Of a stretch of 64,000 nucleotides of DNA, positions 30,046 through 45,000 are shown piece by piece. Below the pieces are notes generated by a model. The model had not been told where the DNA came from. It made no database searches and saw only the letters and a list, made by a program, of their open reading frames with translations. This stretch comes from a virus: positions 15,755 to 79,754 of the IMG/VR virus record IMGVR_UViG_3300025897_000012; one strand, 5' to 3'. A program made the translations under genes and the position numbers. Position 1 is the stretch's first letter; each line of letters begins with the position of its first letter.

Positions 30046-33000
30046 CGAGGTAGGTCAACACTTGTAGCTCGTAAGAATCTACCTATATCAGTATCTGCTT
30101 GGCTAAGTGCTATACCTGGATCTGTCCATTGTTTTCCTTGTTTTCTTATTATAATAACCTTTTGATTTTCGCCTGGCGTAGTTAATAACGATAATGTACT
30201 ACCTAAAATTGAAAATTCTGCTGGTAATATTTCGTCACCTTCTGGGCTATCTTGGGCTATACTGCTTGTTTTTACACCATTTATAGTAGTTTCAAACTTA
30301 TAAGAAGAAATTGAATTTTTTCTTAATCTCTTTCCTGCTACAAATACATCAAACTCGTTAACTCCGCCTGTTCCTGGTGTAAAGTCTAAATCAAACGTAG
30401 AACTTGTGCCGTCTGCTGTAAATACTGTACTAATTGTTTCATCTTTATATGGTATTGATGCATTAATACTTTGATCATATACTTCTGTACCACTTGTATG
30501 CAAATCATTTACTCCTGTACCTAACGTACCTCTTTGTAACTGTTTAAGTAAATTTCCTTCTTTAATTCTATACTCAATTCTTTCACCGTTAACAAATATA
30601 ATTCCTGGATACTCTGATCCTGCTGTTGGATCAGTTATTCCACTAGCGTCAACTAATTCTATTGTTTTATCGTAAGGTGTTAAATCTTTTCCAAGAATAT
30701 AGTTTTTATCTCCATCTATTCTCTTGTAATGTGTTCTGTTAAGCATATCCTTAAATTGTCTAAATCCAAATTTAGTAATTACTGTTGGATTACCAAAATG
30801 TAATACTTCTATTCTATCACCTTGGTTTAAAGGACTTACTAATTTAATAAAATTCTTGTCTGTAGTAACACTATAGTCTACATCTGCAAGTAAAAGTTTG
30901 TTATTTAATATTACCCAAACATATTTAGAATCAACTGCTGGACTTCTTAATTTAAATAATCCTGCACGTAAATTATTTAAGAAATAGTATTCAGGTGTAC
31001 CTTTTGTAATTGGTGTATTCTCTTGGACTTGATAAGATTCTCTTTCAAATTTTTGAGCTGTACTATTACTAAACTGATAAACTTTCATTCTAGTTCCAAT
31101 TGGCCTATCTACTTCAAAAGAACAAATAGTTGGCGTTGGAACAAATACGTTTGATGAATCACCTTGTTGTTCAAAGTAACCAAATCTATATTGACTTTCA
31201 GTAATAATGTATACTAATAACGTATCTCCAGCTACACCAATGTTATCTGAAAGTTTTACTGTGTTGCCTTTTTGTTGATCTAAAGGCGTATCACTATCAA
31301 ATGCTTCAGCTGATGTAAATGTCCAGTCTGTTGCATACTCTAACATTCTACCATTTAGGTAAACTTGAATCTGTGAACTTTGTACTAATGCAATAGGTAT
31401 TTGCCAAAGGTCTAATTTATAATCTCTTGCTGACGAAACCGTAAACTGCTGATTAAACCCAGAATGTAAAATATCATCTCCTATTTGTACAAGTGTGTGT
31501 ATGCCTGCAGGACCGTATGAGAAAGGTGCTTGACTTAATACAAGTGTATCGTTTCCTTGTGGAGTTGTAGCAATAAATTCATCTACTACTACTTGACTAA
31601 ATGAATCTAATTCAGATCCGTCACCAATAAACAATGCAAATCTAACAACGTCTCCTGCCTTTAACGGAGAAGCTAATACTAGTTCAACATTGTTTGGATG
31701 CGATCCTGTACTTTTTACAAATACAGATTCTAATTTTTTACCATCACATGTTGCAATACCTTGAACATTATCAGTCCATCGTACATTTGTTTCAAAGCTA
31801 TTTGAACTGCCATCACTTACAAAACTATCTATATCTAAAATTTGCAAGCCTGCTACTTCAACAAGTGTTAAATTAATTTTAGAACCTTCTGCTGGTGCAA
31901 CTTCAAAGTCTACAGTTTTATTAACATAGTTTACTGTATAACCTAAAGTTGAATCATCTGTAGTAGGTTCAAGTATATCAGAGCCTACTTTTACAAATAA
32001 TGAACTTCCAGTAAATGGCGTCTTTCCTAAATCAAACGATTTAGTAGATCCATCACCATTATAATTTCTATTTACAACTATACTACTTCCGCCAACTGGT
32101 CTTTCAAAAACACTTATATCAACAGAGTCTAAAACTTGTCCTGGAACGATTTCTTCAGGACCTTTGCTTGTAGTAGGAGTAACAAACCCGTCACCGTCTA
32201 CAGTAATATCTTCTGACTTTAAACCTGTAGCTGAATTGTAAGCAAGTGTGCCGCCAACTATTGAAGTATCATAACTTTCAGGGTCGTTAATAAAACTACC
32301 ATCACTTGTTTCTTTTCTTACAATAATTGTATCATCAACTTGAGTTGGTACTTCTAACTCTTGTAATTCTATAACTGTAGTTGTGCCGTCACCAGTAATG
32401 CTTTGCATTATTGCATTAGGATTTTTTACTAGTGCTGAATCGTATCCTGGTTCTGGTGCCCAGTTTGGATCGTCTAATCTTATACCGTTTCGATATAAAT
32501 TATAAACTACTCCATTTTCTAAAGGCTTGCTTAACGTAATACTTATTGTACTGCCATCAAGTTTGAATACTTCATCTTCGTATGTAGTATCGTATGTATC
32601 CCAGGTATCAGTATACCAAGGAGCTGAGTCCCAACCAGTGTTACCTCCAAATTCAAAACTTTTTACTTCTACTCCGCCGTAATCAATACCGTCCATAACT
32701 TGTGATAAATCATTACCAAACTGTCCAGCAATTGGATTGTATGATAAGTTAACTCTATCTGCTGCTGTTAGATATTCAATTGGTTTTTTATATTTTATTA
32801 CTATAGAAGAATTACTTGCTGGTGGTTTAGTAAATGTAACTCTACCAAAATATCTATCATATCCTTTTGTAGTATCTTTTATATTTTCATATGTATATTC
32901 ACTTTGTAAAGAAAGTTCACCTGCAATAGTTATTTCTACAGTATTTGTTTTTAAGTCCATTGGAAAGATTAAATCAAATACATAAGAACTACCTGATCCA

Positions 33001-36000
33001 ACAAATGTCTGCGATTCACTTAGTTTAGTTACTACAAATTTTCCTATAACTCTGTCAAACTTAACAGTAGTGTGCATTCCTCTAACTAACCCGTCACCTA
33101 ATATTGCAACTAATTTTGCAGGTTTTCCGCCTTCTCTAATTGAACCATTTATTTCTACTACTGGAGGATTTAAATAACCAGTTCCTTTATTAGTAACTTC
33201 AATAGAAGCTATCTTGCCGCCTTGACCTAATCTTGCAATAGCAGTAGCGCCTGTGCCAGTTTCCGATGTACTTAAATCTTGTCCAACAAAATTAATTTCT
33301 GGCGGCTGTGTATATCCACTTCCAGCATCTGCTATTTCTACACGATTAATTTTATAAGATAAATTATCTACCCAATTTTTATTTGGATATGTTGTAAGGT
33401 CTGCATCAGTTCCTACAATAGCATTGTCAATAACTTTAACAGATAATGGCGTAATTGATTTTGTTTCATTATCCCATCTTGGAGGCAAATCAAAATCTGT
33501 AACTAAGTTAGCAGATACATTAAGTTGATTATAATCACTAATATATTCACGTAATTTAGATTTAAACGGTTTTACCTCTTTTAGGTATTCTTCGTAACTA
33601 GGTAAGTTATCATTTTGGAAAGTTATCTTTTTACTTAGATCACCTACATTGTGTCTTGCTTTAATAAAGCTAGTTTTAAATGCCCAATCTACTAAACTTT
33701 GTTCAGTAAAGACATACTTTAAACTTGATAAAAATAAATTATTGTATTCTACTGCTAGTTCATCAACGAATAAGTTATCTCTTAACGCCTCAAGAATAAT
33801 CCTTGTTTCTTTAACCGGCTGTACATCGTAAACTTTAATATCATAACTTGCACTATCAAAGCCTGAACCAACACTGGTGTTAAACAGTGAAGGAAGGAAT
33901 TTAATTGTTCCGTTTTGTCTACCAACTGTTTTATAATTTATTGTGTAATCAATTGAATCAGCATTATCAATTTTTTCTAATAGTAGCCAACCGCCTGAAC
34001 CAACATTTGCTATTTTAACTATATCTCCTGTACTATCATCTAACGATTCTAATTGATAACTTGAATCAATTAAATAATTAATATCAGTAAATTCGTTATA
34101 TCCTGTATCGTACCAATCTATATAATTCCAAAATAAAGATACATCAAACACTTGGCTAAGTTTTCTTACCCATAAAGTATTGTTTATATTTCTTTCGTAA
34201 ACTGACCATTTACCTGATAGCGTACTATCACTTTTTACAAGAACTGCAAAAGGCCTAACACTTAAAGTTGTTAAAGTTGAACTATATCCGCTTCCTTGAC
34301 TATTAACTGTTGCTGAGGTAACCGTGCCAACACTATTAATTGTTAATGTGATATCTGCAGCTGTTTCGTATCTCCCATTAATAATAACTTTAGGAATAAC
34401 TTTATAACCTCTACCAGGGTCTGTAATAGTAACCCTAACTATTTTTCCATCAATTATTACTGGCGTTAATACTGCTTGTTTAACTTTTGCAGTACCTACA
34501 AATTCTAAATCTTCAAAAGTATCTACAACTAAATCATATGTATTGTTTGAAGCAGGCGGTATTTCTTGTTTTGAAAGTAAAGGCGTAATAATTTTATCGT
34601 CAACAATTAAGTTTTCTTTTAAGACTCCGTTAACTCTATCTATAACTTGCTTTAATGCTTCTGTTCTATTAACAAACCAACTTTGTCTTGGATCATTAAG
34701 AATGCCATATTTTTCTTTAGCTGATAAATTTGGATCAGGAACTATTCTACCTGCATCGTCATATCCAATTAAACTATCAAACCATTTGCGTTCTATATCT
34801 GCATTTGGTTTACTTGTATCTAAGCCTGCTGTATATAATTGATATTGATTATGAATATTAATATCTTGATTTTCAATAGTCCAGTATTGTATGCTAAGAG
34901 CAACTTCTTTATCTTTAAGAAGACTTTCACAATTATGTAAAACAAAACTTGTAGGACTTATGAAGTTAATAAATCTATATCCCATGCCTGCAGGATCATC
35001 TATGTACCGTGCAACATTAAATGAACTTAGTTTTCTTGATTCAATATTAGGTGCGGTAATTTTTCCTTTAACCCAGTAAAAATATTTGTTTGAAAATGTT
35101 TGTGCTATATCATCGTATACTCTTTTAGTTGAATAAATTGTATCATCATATTTTGTTGTACCAGAGATGCCTTCAGTTACTCCTTCAGTAGTTGCTGCTG
35201 TTGCATTCCATTCTGATGGTAATAATGTAGTTTCAATCCATTCGTATACGTCTATACTATTTCCTGTAAATTGTGTGTTCCAATTATTAACACTAAAAAT
35301 AGTATTATTTTGATAAGCATTTAAAAATTTAGCTGTTGATAAATCCCACCAAAGTTCGCCAACTTGCTCTTGTCCCCAAACTTCTGATTTGTTAGTGTTT
35401 ACATCTGAAGTTCCAACTGTGTATACTGCTGGATCATAATGCAACTTATATGAAAGTTCTTGTTCAGCTATACCAGGAATTTTTCCTTGTATAGGATCTA
35501 AGTAATCTATATAACTAATTAACTTATTTTCTTTTGTATTATACAATAACACTTTTTTAATTTTTGCTACATCAACAGTATCTTTAGGTAATGAATAAGT
35601 TGACCAAATATTCTTGTTAGTATCTTTTCTAAAATCTATTACTGCACCGTTTTCGCCTTCAAAAACTGTATGTTTTGGTAGTCCTACATATACATGACTA
35701 TTGTTTGTATATAAATTTAAACCAAAGTCCCTAATACTATTATTAGGATTAGTATTTGCTACAGCTTGTGTAGAGTCTGCTAGTTCGTTATAAGCAATAG
35801 TTTGCCCGTAAACTAAATTTCCATCAATATTCTCATAAAGATAAACAACTCCAGTATCTATAAACTTCTTAGCAAAAGTAGTAAAGTTATTATCCCAAGT
35901 TGTTTGTGGTATACCATTTAAAGAATCAAATGTTGTCTTAGAATCTGAATCTCCATTTTTTGCTGTAATAGCTAGTACATTATTATCAAACGAAAGTTTA

Positions 36001-39000
36001 GTACCAAATAATTCTACCTTTTCGTTTCCTCTACTGAATAATGTTTGTGATAATTCAAATAATCCAGTAGTTGTATTTTTCTTCATTACAAATACTCGAC
36101 CTTGATCAAGTTGTATACGTGACGGGTCAGCTTCACTACGTTGTGTTTCTGCAAAAGGTTCACTTATTGCAATCATAGTACCGTCATTGTTGATAGCTAT
36201 AGCTTCGCCCCATAGCGTCTTATTAATTGACCAAATATCATCAGCATCAGTTGCAGTAGAGAAGCTGGTCTCTAGTATACTTTGAACTCTTTGATAATTT
36301 CCATTCTTATTTCTGTATACAACTACTTGATTGTCTGTTTCTGTTAAGTATTTGGCGACTCCTATAAGTACTTCACCATCATCAGAAACATCTACTTTAC
36401 TAAAGTTATATATTCCTTCTTGGTCTTGAACTGTACTAGGATCAGCACTATCAAATATTGGTAGTATTTCTGTATTATTTGGTACATAACCTAAATAATC
36501 TATAGGCTGTGTTTGTTGTGTCCAGTTTGCTCCATTAAATATTCCTGGAGATAAGTTTGTATTAGCTTTATAAATGCCTCTGTCAAGGTAAATTATATCA
36601 TTAGTCTGATAACTTACTAATGAAGAATATGTTCCTTGGAAATTTTTATCTTTAGCTAGTTCCCAATCCCAGACATTGCTATCAGCATCTGTTCCATGCT
36701 TTATAAAATAAGTTCGCCCTGGCAAGAAAGTACTGTCATCTAACCTTTTGTCTAATCTCTTAAAATCACCACGTCGTGAATAACTTTCGCCTGCATGTAT
36801 AAACAATCTATATAAATCATTTTTCTTTGCACTTTTTATTTCAGATCCTAAGTAAAAGTCTTCTATTGCTTCTGGTACAATATAACTATTTAAAAGACCA
36901 AATCGATTAGTAGTACCTGTACCAAAGACCGAATACATTCCTTGATTTTCATAATCACTTGCTGTTGCTCCGTCTACAGCCGGAATACTATAAACATTTA
37001 TCCAATCGTTATTTCCTGCTGAAGGTAAATTAGCTACAACAGGCACACCTGAAACTACGTTTGCTTCATAGAACCAATATTCAGTATCAGTCATTACAGA
37101 TGTTGTAGGTAATAAAATATCAGCTCCTGAATCAACTACTATTAATTTTCCAATTCCTTCAGAAGCTAGTCCTAATGATTTTGCTTGTACTTCGCCCATC
37201 ACACGATCAACTTGATATATTGGACTAGGATCTGTTGGTGTTCCTAAAAATTCTATTTCAGCATTATTATTAAACAAAGATCCGTTTGAGAAATTACCAA
37301 CTACATCTTTTACAAATATCGTTGCATTTAATGCATCTCTTTGATAAAAAGTTACTTCTGCTGTTGCTCCTGTAGTTATATCTCTAACAGTATCTCCAAC
37401 TCTAGGTTCAAAAGGTTCTCCGAATAAGTTAAACTTAGTAAATCCAAATTTAATATATCCGTCCCATAAGTCATGGACAGTTAATTGTTTGTTAGTTTGT
37501 GCATATGATAACCCAATAACAGCAGGGTCGTTGCTAGTACCTGACGCATACCTTGCTAATGAAGGAATAAACATATTAAAGTTACTGCCATTTGATAACG
37601 TATCAGTTAGTGCTTTAGGAGCTCTTAATACAAAGTACGGACTTAGGAAAGCAGTAGTTGTGCCGCCTGCACCTGGAAGTCCTTGATATGTTAATGTTTC
37701 TAAATAACTTGCTAAAGTATCTTGACTTGAAATAGTTGTTGTTTCATAGTCTCTTGAATTATAGTAATAATTAGAAGGTGCCGAACTATCAGTAATAGCT
37801 TCTTGGTATACTAAACCTTTACCTTGATCTGATGTTGTTGTAAAAATATTATATCCGCCCGGAACAGTAATCATAAAATAGCCACCGTAGTAACTACTTA
37901 CATCTAATGCTTCTGAAGGTGCAGATGTAGTATATTCTCCAACAAAGTCACCGTTTGAAAGGAACAGACTATCTGTAGAGTCAAAACTACCTGTAACGCT
38001 ATTAATGTATAATCCAAGGCTTCCGTCAACTTCATAAGAATATGCTACTGTACCTGATCCTGTTTGAGTTTGAACTGTATCGCCAATAGCTGGTTGATTT
38101 GTAAATGCATTAATATTAAGAATTAAATCAATCTTCATTTGTACTTGATGTGTACCGCTAAAGAAAGTAGAACTTAATTCTGACATACCGCCTCCTGGAA
38201 ACGGCTCTTTACTTGTATAAGTTGTTTGCTCTTGATTTGCTATTGTTTTTGTATTCCACTTTAACTTAATTTCATCATTTATATCAAGGCCAGCGTATTG
38301 TAACTTTGGTACTTTAAGTAGCACGTGATCAACATTAATTTCAGTAAAAGGATACTTACCTGTTAGTATTACATCTACTTGTTCCGAAGCTTGTGTTGTA
38401 TTACCAATTGATTCAATTTGTTGGACTACGCTACCAAAACTAGTAAATTGGATACTAGCAGATTGTGGTACAATTGATGTAGTTGATTTCCATAATTTAT
38501 TATTATAAGTTACAATATCGTCTTGTACATACGCGATGCTAGGATCATAATTTGCTTTATATCTTGTTTTTACGTTACTTGCGTTAGGCGAACCAACAAT
38601 TAAATATTTTCCATCTTCTGTTAAAGATACAGATGCACCAAATTTCTGTAAATTAGGCGGAGTTGTTAATATTGTATGCTTTGCAAGATCAAAGTCTTGT
38701 CCTGCTATATGTGTTTCTGATACTGTATAAAAATTATTGTTAAACTGTACTAAATCACCTACAGTATATGTAGCACCTGTATAAAATCTTTTATATGTAA
38801 ATGTTGTATCTGTTGGAGCTGCAATAACTTGTGATAATACAAAATTTCCGTTTGACGAACCTCTTGTGTAAATATAAACTTTTCCATCATTTTCGTCTGG
38901 TGATCCTACTGCTAATACTGTATTACTTTTATTTGCAGACATAGATATTGCAAAGGTTTCGTTGGAAATGCTTTGGCCACTACTTAGATCTTGTAATTTT

Positions 39001-42000
39001 GTAAATGCTTGCGTATTTTCATATACAGTCCATTTACTGTCTTGGCCTTTATCTACCCAAAATTTTGATTTAATATTTGCTAATTTTTGTGCAATAGTAT
39101 TTAGATTAATTAACGAGTCTGTTCTAACAGATACAAGTTTACTTAACCTTCCTATACATTCATCTATATCTTCAACTTTGTCTGAACTTTCAAATGTAAT
39201 TTTTTCTAAACTTATAGACTTTACTTTAAAAAATGCACCAACAGCAGCTTTAGCAGTCTGAGCAGTTGCAAATGAACTATCTGCTGTATCTAGTGTTGTA
39301 GAAATTAAATCATAAACTCCAAATATATCTCCTACATTAATATCCTGCGGAGTTGAATTTAATGATACAGTAAATTCAGTATCACCTCCTGTTACTTTTT
39401 CTACTCTTAAATCTGTATCATCATGTCTATATATGTTCCAGGTAAGTTTATCATTACCTACCCAGATAAGATCACCCCGATTGCAATTTTTAAAATCAAT
39501 GTTTAAAATTGAATTAAAATCTTCAACAATAAATTTTACATCATCTGGATTTACATACCCACTATCTTTTGCATATCCATCTTCAGAAGCAATATATTTT
39601 TTTGGAAAAGGTGCATGTGTATAATTTTTTGGTTTTAGATAAGTTTCGAACGGAGGTATTCTATAAACTAAATCTGTTTCTTCACCAGTAACACTCTGTA
39701 CTAATTCAATAGGCTGAGGTGAAAGTCTAAATTTGCTTTCGTCTAGTTTAAATTCTACTTCATCATATCCTGCAGAGGCGCCGTACTGGCCTCGTTTAAT
39801 TGCCCACTCTTCATAAAATTCTAAACTATCTTTATCAGCATTACCTAAAACATCAAATAACTTAGTAAGAGCATTTTTTGTACCTTTATCTTGAATAAAT
39901 CCTTGATAAAATTTATACTGACTAACATCGTCGTTAATAATGTTTTCTAAATACTTACGTTTTTGATAACCAATAAGATGTTGTGCTAACCTTTGTTGCT
40001 CGCTATCAAAATTATCGCTGTCTAAATCGTAAAAGTCTGCAAACTGATTTGTTTTATATTCAAAGTTAGCAGTTAATCCAGACTTAGGTTTAGAGTCTAA
40101 TCTTGTCCATTGTGTTGTAATAAATGATTCAGTTCCAGGAATTTTACTATTTGCTGTATAAAAGAATTCTTTGTGCTTTACAATATCACCTATAAAGTAA
40201 TCTTTGTTTGATTCCCAATCTGATATTGTTGCTTGGTCATATACAAATCCTTCTATATTTAAACTGCCATCCCAATTTGTTGTTCTATATCCTAAAACTT
40301 TTATTCTTTCTTGCCTGTACCCTGGCTCAGGGTCGTATATAATATCGTTAAATACAGTCTTGTTATCTAATAAAACAACGTGTTCTTTTTGTACACAAGG
40401 TAACTTTATAGAAAAGATTCCGTCTGCCGAGCTTTTTGGTCTTAGAATAAATTCATTTGGATCTTGTCTATCAACTTGTATAAAATCAGAAGTTAATTTT
40501 TGTCCGTCAACTTTAAGTAAGGTATATCCAAAAAATCCGTCAAATATATTATCAACAACGCTATAGGTTGTTCTAAATTTTAGTTGATTTGCACCTGGAC
40601 TTAAACTAATTAAAGTTCCTTCTGCCCAATTATGAAGCGTCCAAAAAGCAAACTCCTTTGTTGAAGTTTCCCAGTCATCTACTACACTAGCACTTGTTCT
40701 AAAATTATCAAATACAAATCCAATAGACTCTAAATACTTTCCATACCCTTGAATAAAGTCACATACATCTTGTATTGTTGGAAGTATACTTCCATATGGT
40801 AATTCTAAAGGTGCAAATGTTGCAAACTCTCTTCGAAGCGTAATTTCTCTACCACCATTAACAGGTAGCTTAGGTACACTTGCAAAATTAGATTCATCAA
40901 AAGTATCACTAGCTAAATGATTTTTTGTTACTCGATAATATTTTCCTGAATGTTCTACTATAGCACCTACTGTATAAGTACGCCCTCCTTCAAACTCTAA
41001 GAATGGTTCTGAAGTTCCGCCAATAGTTATTACAGGATCTCTATCTCTTTCAAAATGAGGGAAATATTTAAACGTTGTCGAAGTATCATCATAACCTTTA
41101 ATTTTATAACCGCTTGCTCTTCTTTCAATTATTAATCCACTATAGGAAACTGTTTTAATTGGAGAACTTTTGTTAAGAAATATTGAATAATTCTCGTCAG
41201 GTACAAATACGTTTCCTTCATTAAGTGGTGTCCTACTATCTAAAATAAGTTTAAATTTATTTTTATCTGTATATCCGCCAACTTTAAATCCTATTTGATT
41301 AGTAATTGCTTTAATATTTTCTTTATATTCAGTATATGATGTAACAACACTAGATGCCATATATCCTGCAATATAATTTACAAGTCCTGATGTAAAAGTT
41401 TGTGTGCTATCTAAATGTGTATTAGGAAAAATTATATCTTTTAACTTAATTTGATTATTTTGTGTTTTATATACTATTTGTTTAGTTAAGTTTCTTACTT
41501 GATTAACCCTATCAAATCCTGTAGCTAATACTTTTGAAGGCTGACTTAGTGTCCAAGCAGTAATTAAGCTAAATGGATACTCACTACTTCTTCTCCATGC
41601 TGTTTCAACTGGTGCTTCGTCTCCAAATACAAACGAATCTGTTAATTTAGATGAATCAAAACTCTGTGCATATCCTGAATCGTTTGGACTTAATAATTGT
41701 CCGTTTTCATTAACAGGTAAATGTGTCAATAATCCTGGTCTTTTATATTTGTTTAAAATTTTTATTTTTTTGTTAGGCTGTCTTACAACACCATTTTGTA
41801 AATCAGTCCATAAAACTAAGTTATCTCTTGTATAAGGTGCCGGTCCATATTGTTTTTCCCACCAATCTGGTTTTATACTAAAACCTAACATTTCCCAAGG
41901 ATGAGTATGCGGCCTGTCTGTATCATATGCTTCTCTATAAGCTGCTCTCCAAAATCCTGGTAATGAAACACCATTAGGAGATACTGCTGAAGAATAATTA

Positions 42001-45000
42001 AACGTCCAAGAATTTGTTCTATTATGAAAATCGTTTAATGTATAATCTTTGTCTACTAACTTTGACCATTGTATAAAGTCTGAAAGCATTGGGCTATCTA
42101 TTTCTGATTTATTAAAATCAGTTTTTCTAAATTCGCCGCCTTGAAAATCATGAATATCAAATAAATCAGTATCATAGGCTACTTTAATATTATTAAAGAT
42201 TCTTAGTTCTAATTCTAATAAAAGTTCATCTCTATAATCTTTAAAAGCTACAATTTTACTTCCGTCGTGTCCTTGTATTATAGGAGTGCCTTCTATCCAT
42301 TCGTTAATATTTCTTTCTGAATCAGTAGTTCCATGATTGGATCCAGTGTTTGGCATATAAAATGTTCTATTAAGTCCTACAAAGGTATGTATATGAGAAA
42401 CACCTGATCCGCCTAGTTCTATATCTTTAGCTTGGGCTTCTGATTGTGTAGCGTATAACGGATAAAACCATCCTAGTTTACCGGCACCTTTCTGATTAGG
42501 TCCTGCTGTTCCGTAAAATTTATATTCACCGGAAGGTGATTGTGGAGCTTCACTTTGTGTAGTATTATCAATATATAATTCTGGTTGGTAGCTAGGGTAT
42601 AATCCTAACTTTGTAGGAGTTGGTGGAACATAACTTCCATTAGTTGTTTCGTATTCGTATATATCAAGTAGATCATCTTTTGCTTTAGTTGCGGTAACCC
42701 TACAAAAACCTTCACTATTAAACGTATAATCTTTATTATGTATTAATTGTTTTCCGTTTAGATACACTTGTACTGCATCTCTACTAGCAGTACTTAAACT
42801 AAAAGTTTTAGATAGTAAAAAATACTCTTGTGTATTATCATCTACTTTGTGCGTAGTTTTATTAAAAGATCCTTGTGGAATCATGTCTGAGAAATAATAC
42901 GGCATTGAGTTAATTTTATCTTTATTAAGATCGGCCATTATTTTATCAACATGATCTTTAGTTGGGCCTTCCCATCCTAAGTCGTGTGCAACTTGTAAGA
43001 ACATTCTTTTAAATTTACTATACTCTCTTCTTGCAAAACGCATTGATGATATTAAATTTGAATCTTTATCTAACAAACTATACATTGCTAAATTTAACGG
43101 TGAACTATGTTTTACAAACCTGTTACCAAACCTAGTTACATCACCTAAATCTCTTAAGTTACTACTTCCAGGAAATTTTCCTGTAAAGTCTGATAAGTCT
43201 TCTACAATACTAGATACATGATTGTTTACTTCACCTACCGTAAATTCATTAAGATTATTATTAAGAGGATTTCTTTCTAAGTTACTAGGAAACTCATAAA
43301 ACCCGTTATCATTCTTTAGTGCAATTGAGTTTGTTTTTAAAACAACTGTATCTCCAATAGTTAACCCATTTGCTGATGTAAATGCTGGTTTTAAAAATGT
43401 AACTGTAGTTGCATTATTTGGTGACGTTCCTAATGTGTAATCTACATCTTTTAATTTAAGTTGATTATTTAAGAATACTGTTAAGTTTAAATCTGCAAGC
43501 GAAGCACTATTTTCATAAACATCTACTTCAAATGTTGACGTAGAATTGTCAAAAACATATTGTCTTGAAACTAGTTGTTTACTATCGGTAGGTGCTTTTG
43601 TCCATGCATTTTCATTAGTATACGATGCTATAGCAGAGTACTTTTGAAGGAATCCTATATCAGTATTTTTATAATATAATTGACTTCCAATTAAATATTC
43701 AAAATACTCTGTAAGTAAATCAAATTTAAAAGTAATATCACCTACGTTAGTAATTGTTCTATACGATAGAACAAGTCCAACTTCACTATCTGCTGTGCCT
43801 ATAGTGCCTTCTTTGTAACTAAAAATTTTGTTACCTTTAAAGGTTGATGAATTGTATACTGTTATGTCGCTAAAACTCTTATTGTTTTCGTCAAACAGAT
43901 CAAACAAGGGTGCTTGGTTTACGCTTGTTTTAGTTTGTGCTTGTTTCCATTCTGTACCATTGTAATAATACATTAACCCTTTATAAGCAGTACCTTGACT
44001 TACTAAAACAACTTCATTTGTTATAGGTTTAGAATCTGTTACTTCGATTAATGAAATTTGTTTTATATTTTGGTTTACTTCAATTTCAGGGCCATCAAAT
44101 TTAAAAAACTTAACTTGAAAAATTCTTCCGTTTACTAAAGGATCTGGATCTGCTGTAAATAGTATTCTCATACCGTCAATTAAATCTACGCCATCAATGT
44201 TATATCCTGTACTACCTTCAATGGTAGAAAACACATCTTTTGTGTGTGTATCTAAAAGATTTACATTAGCTTTAGTTTGAGTACCAAAGTTAAATAACTT
44301 TAATCCTTTGTTAAATTCAATAATTGGTCTTTTTGCTCTAGCAGACTCGTCAATACTAACCGGTTGATCATTTAGCGTTGCACTTTGTTCAATAACAGAT
44401 TTATGGAACCATCTATTATATCTACTCCATAAGTTTCCGTCGTTAGCTGAACGATTTATAAGCATGTAATCTCTTACTGTAGGATAACCTATAGCAGTAT
44501 CAAACGGCTGTCTATCAAAGCCTTGTTTATCAAAGTCTACATCTACATCAGCTACAAATGCACTAGGTACTGTTAATTCGTCTTCATTAATTAAAACAAT
44601 TTTATCACCAACACCTTCAACATAATATTCTCCTTCAGCGTATTTTGCAGGTGTTACTTCTCCAATAAATTTAATCTTCATTCCATTACTAAGATCAAAT
44701 CCGGCGCCTGTTGTATATGTTTTTTTACCTAATACTTCTGCATCAATATCAATAGCTGAGGATTCTTCAATATTTGCAACTTTTATTAACCCTGCTGCTT
44801 CTATGTCATTGTCAGCTACATAATATAATATATTAGGTGTAGTATCAGTTGGTGTAAATGTAATTACACCTTCTTCTGTACCTTGATTATCAATTAAATT
44901 ATTAGTAGCAGATAACATATCTGCTTCATTTAGACTACGTTTTGTTCTAATAGTAAACGGCAACCCAGGTGTGTTAATATCAAACTTATATGTAACACCC

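Noticed and set aside
30020-30061. Longer start for the 29405 ORF
   Set aside because: It overlaps the giant gene and lies upstream of the late promoter/RBS; ATG 30019 fits better
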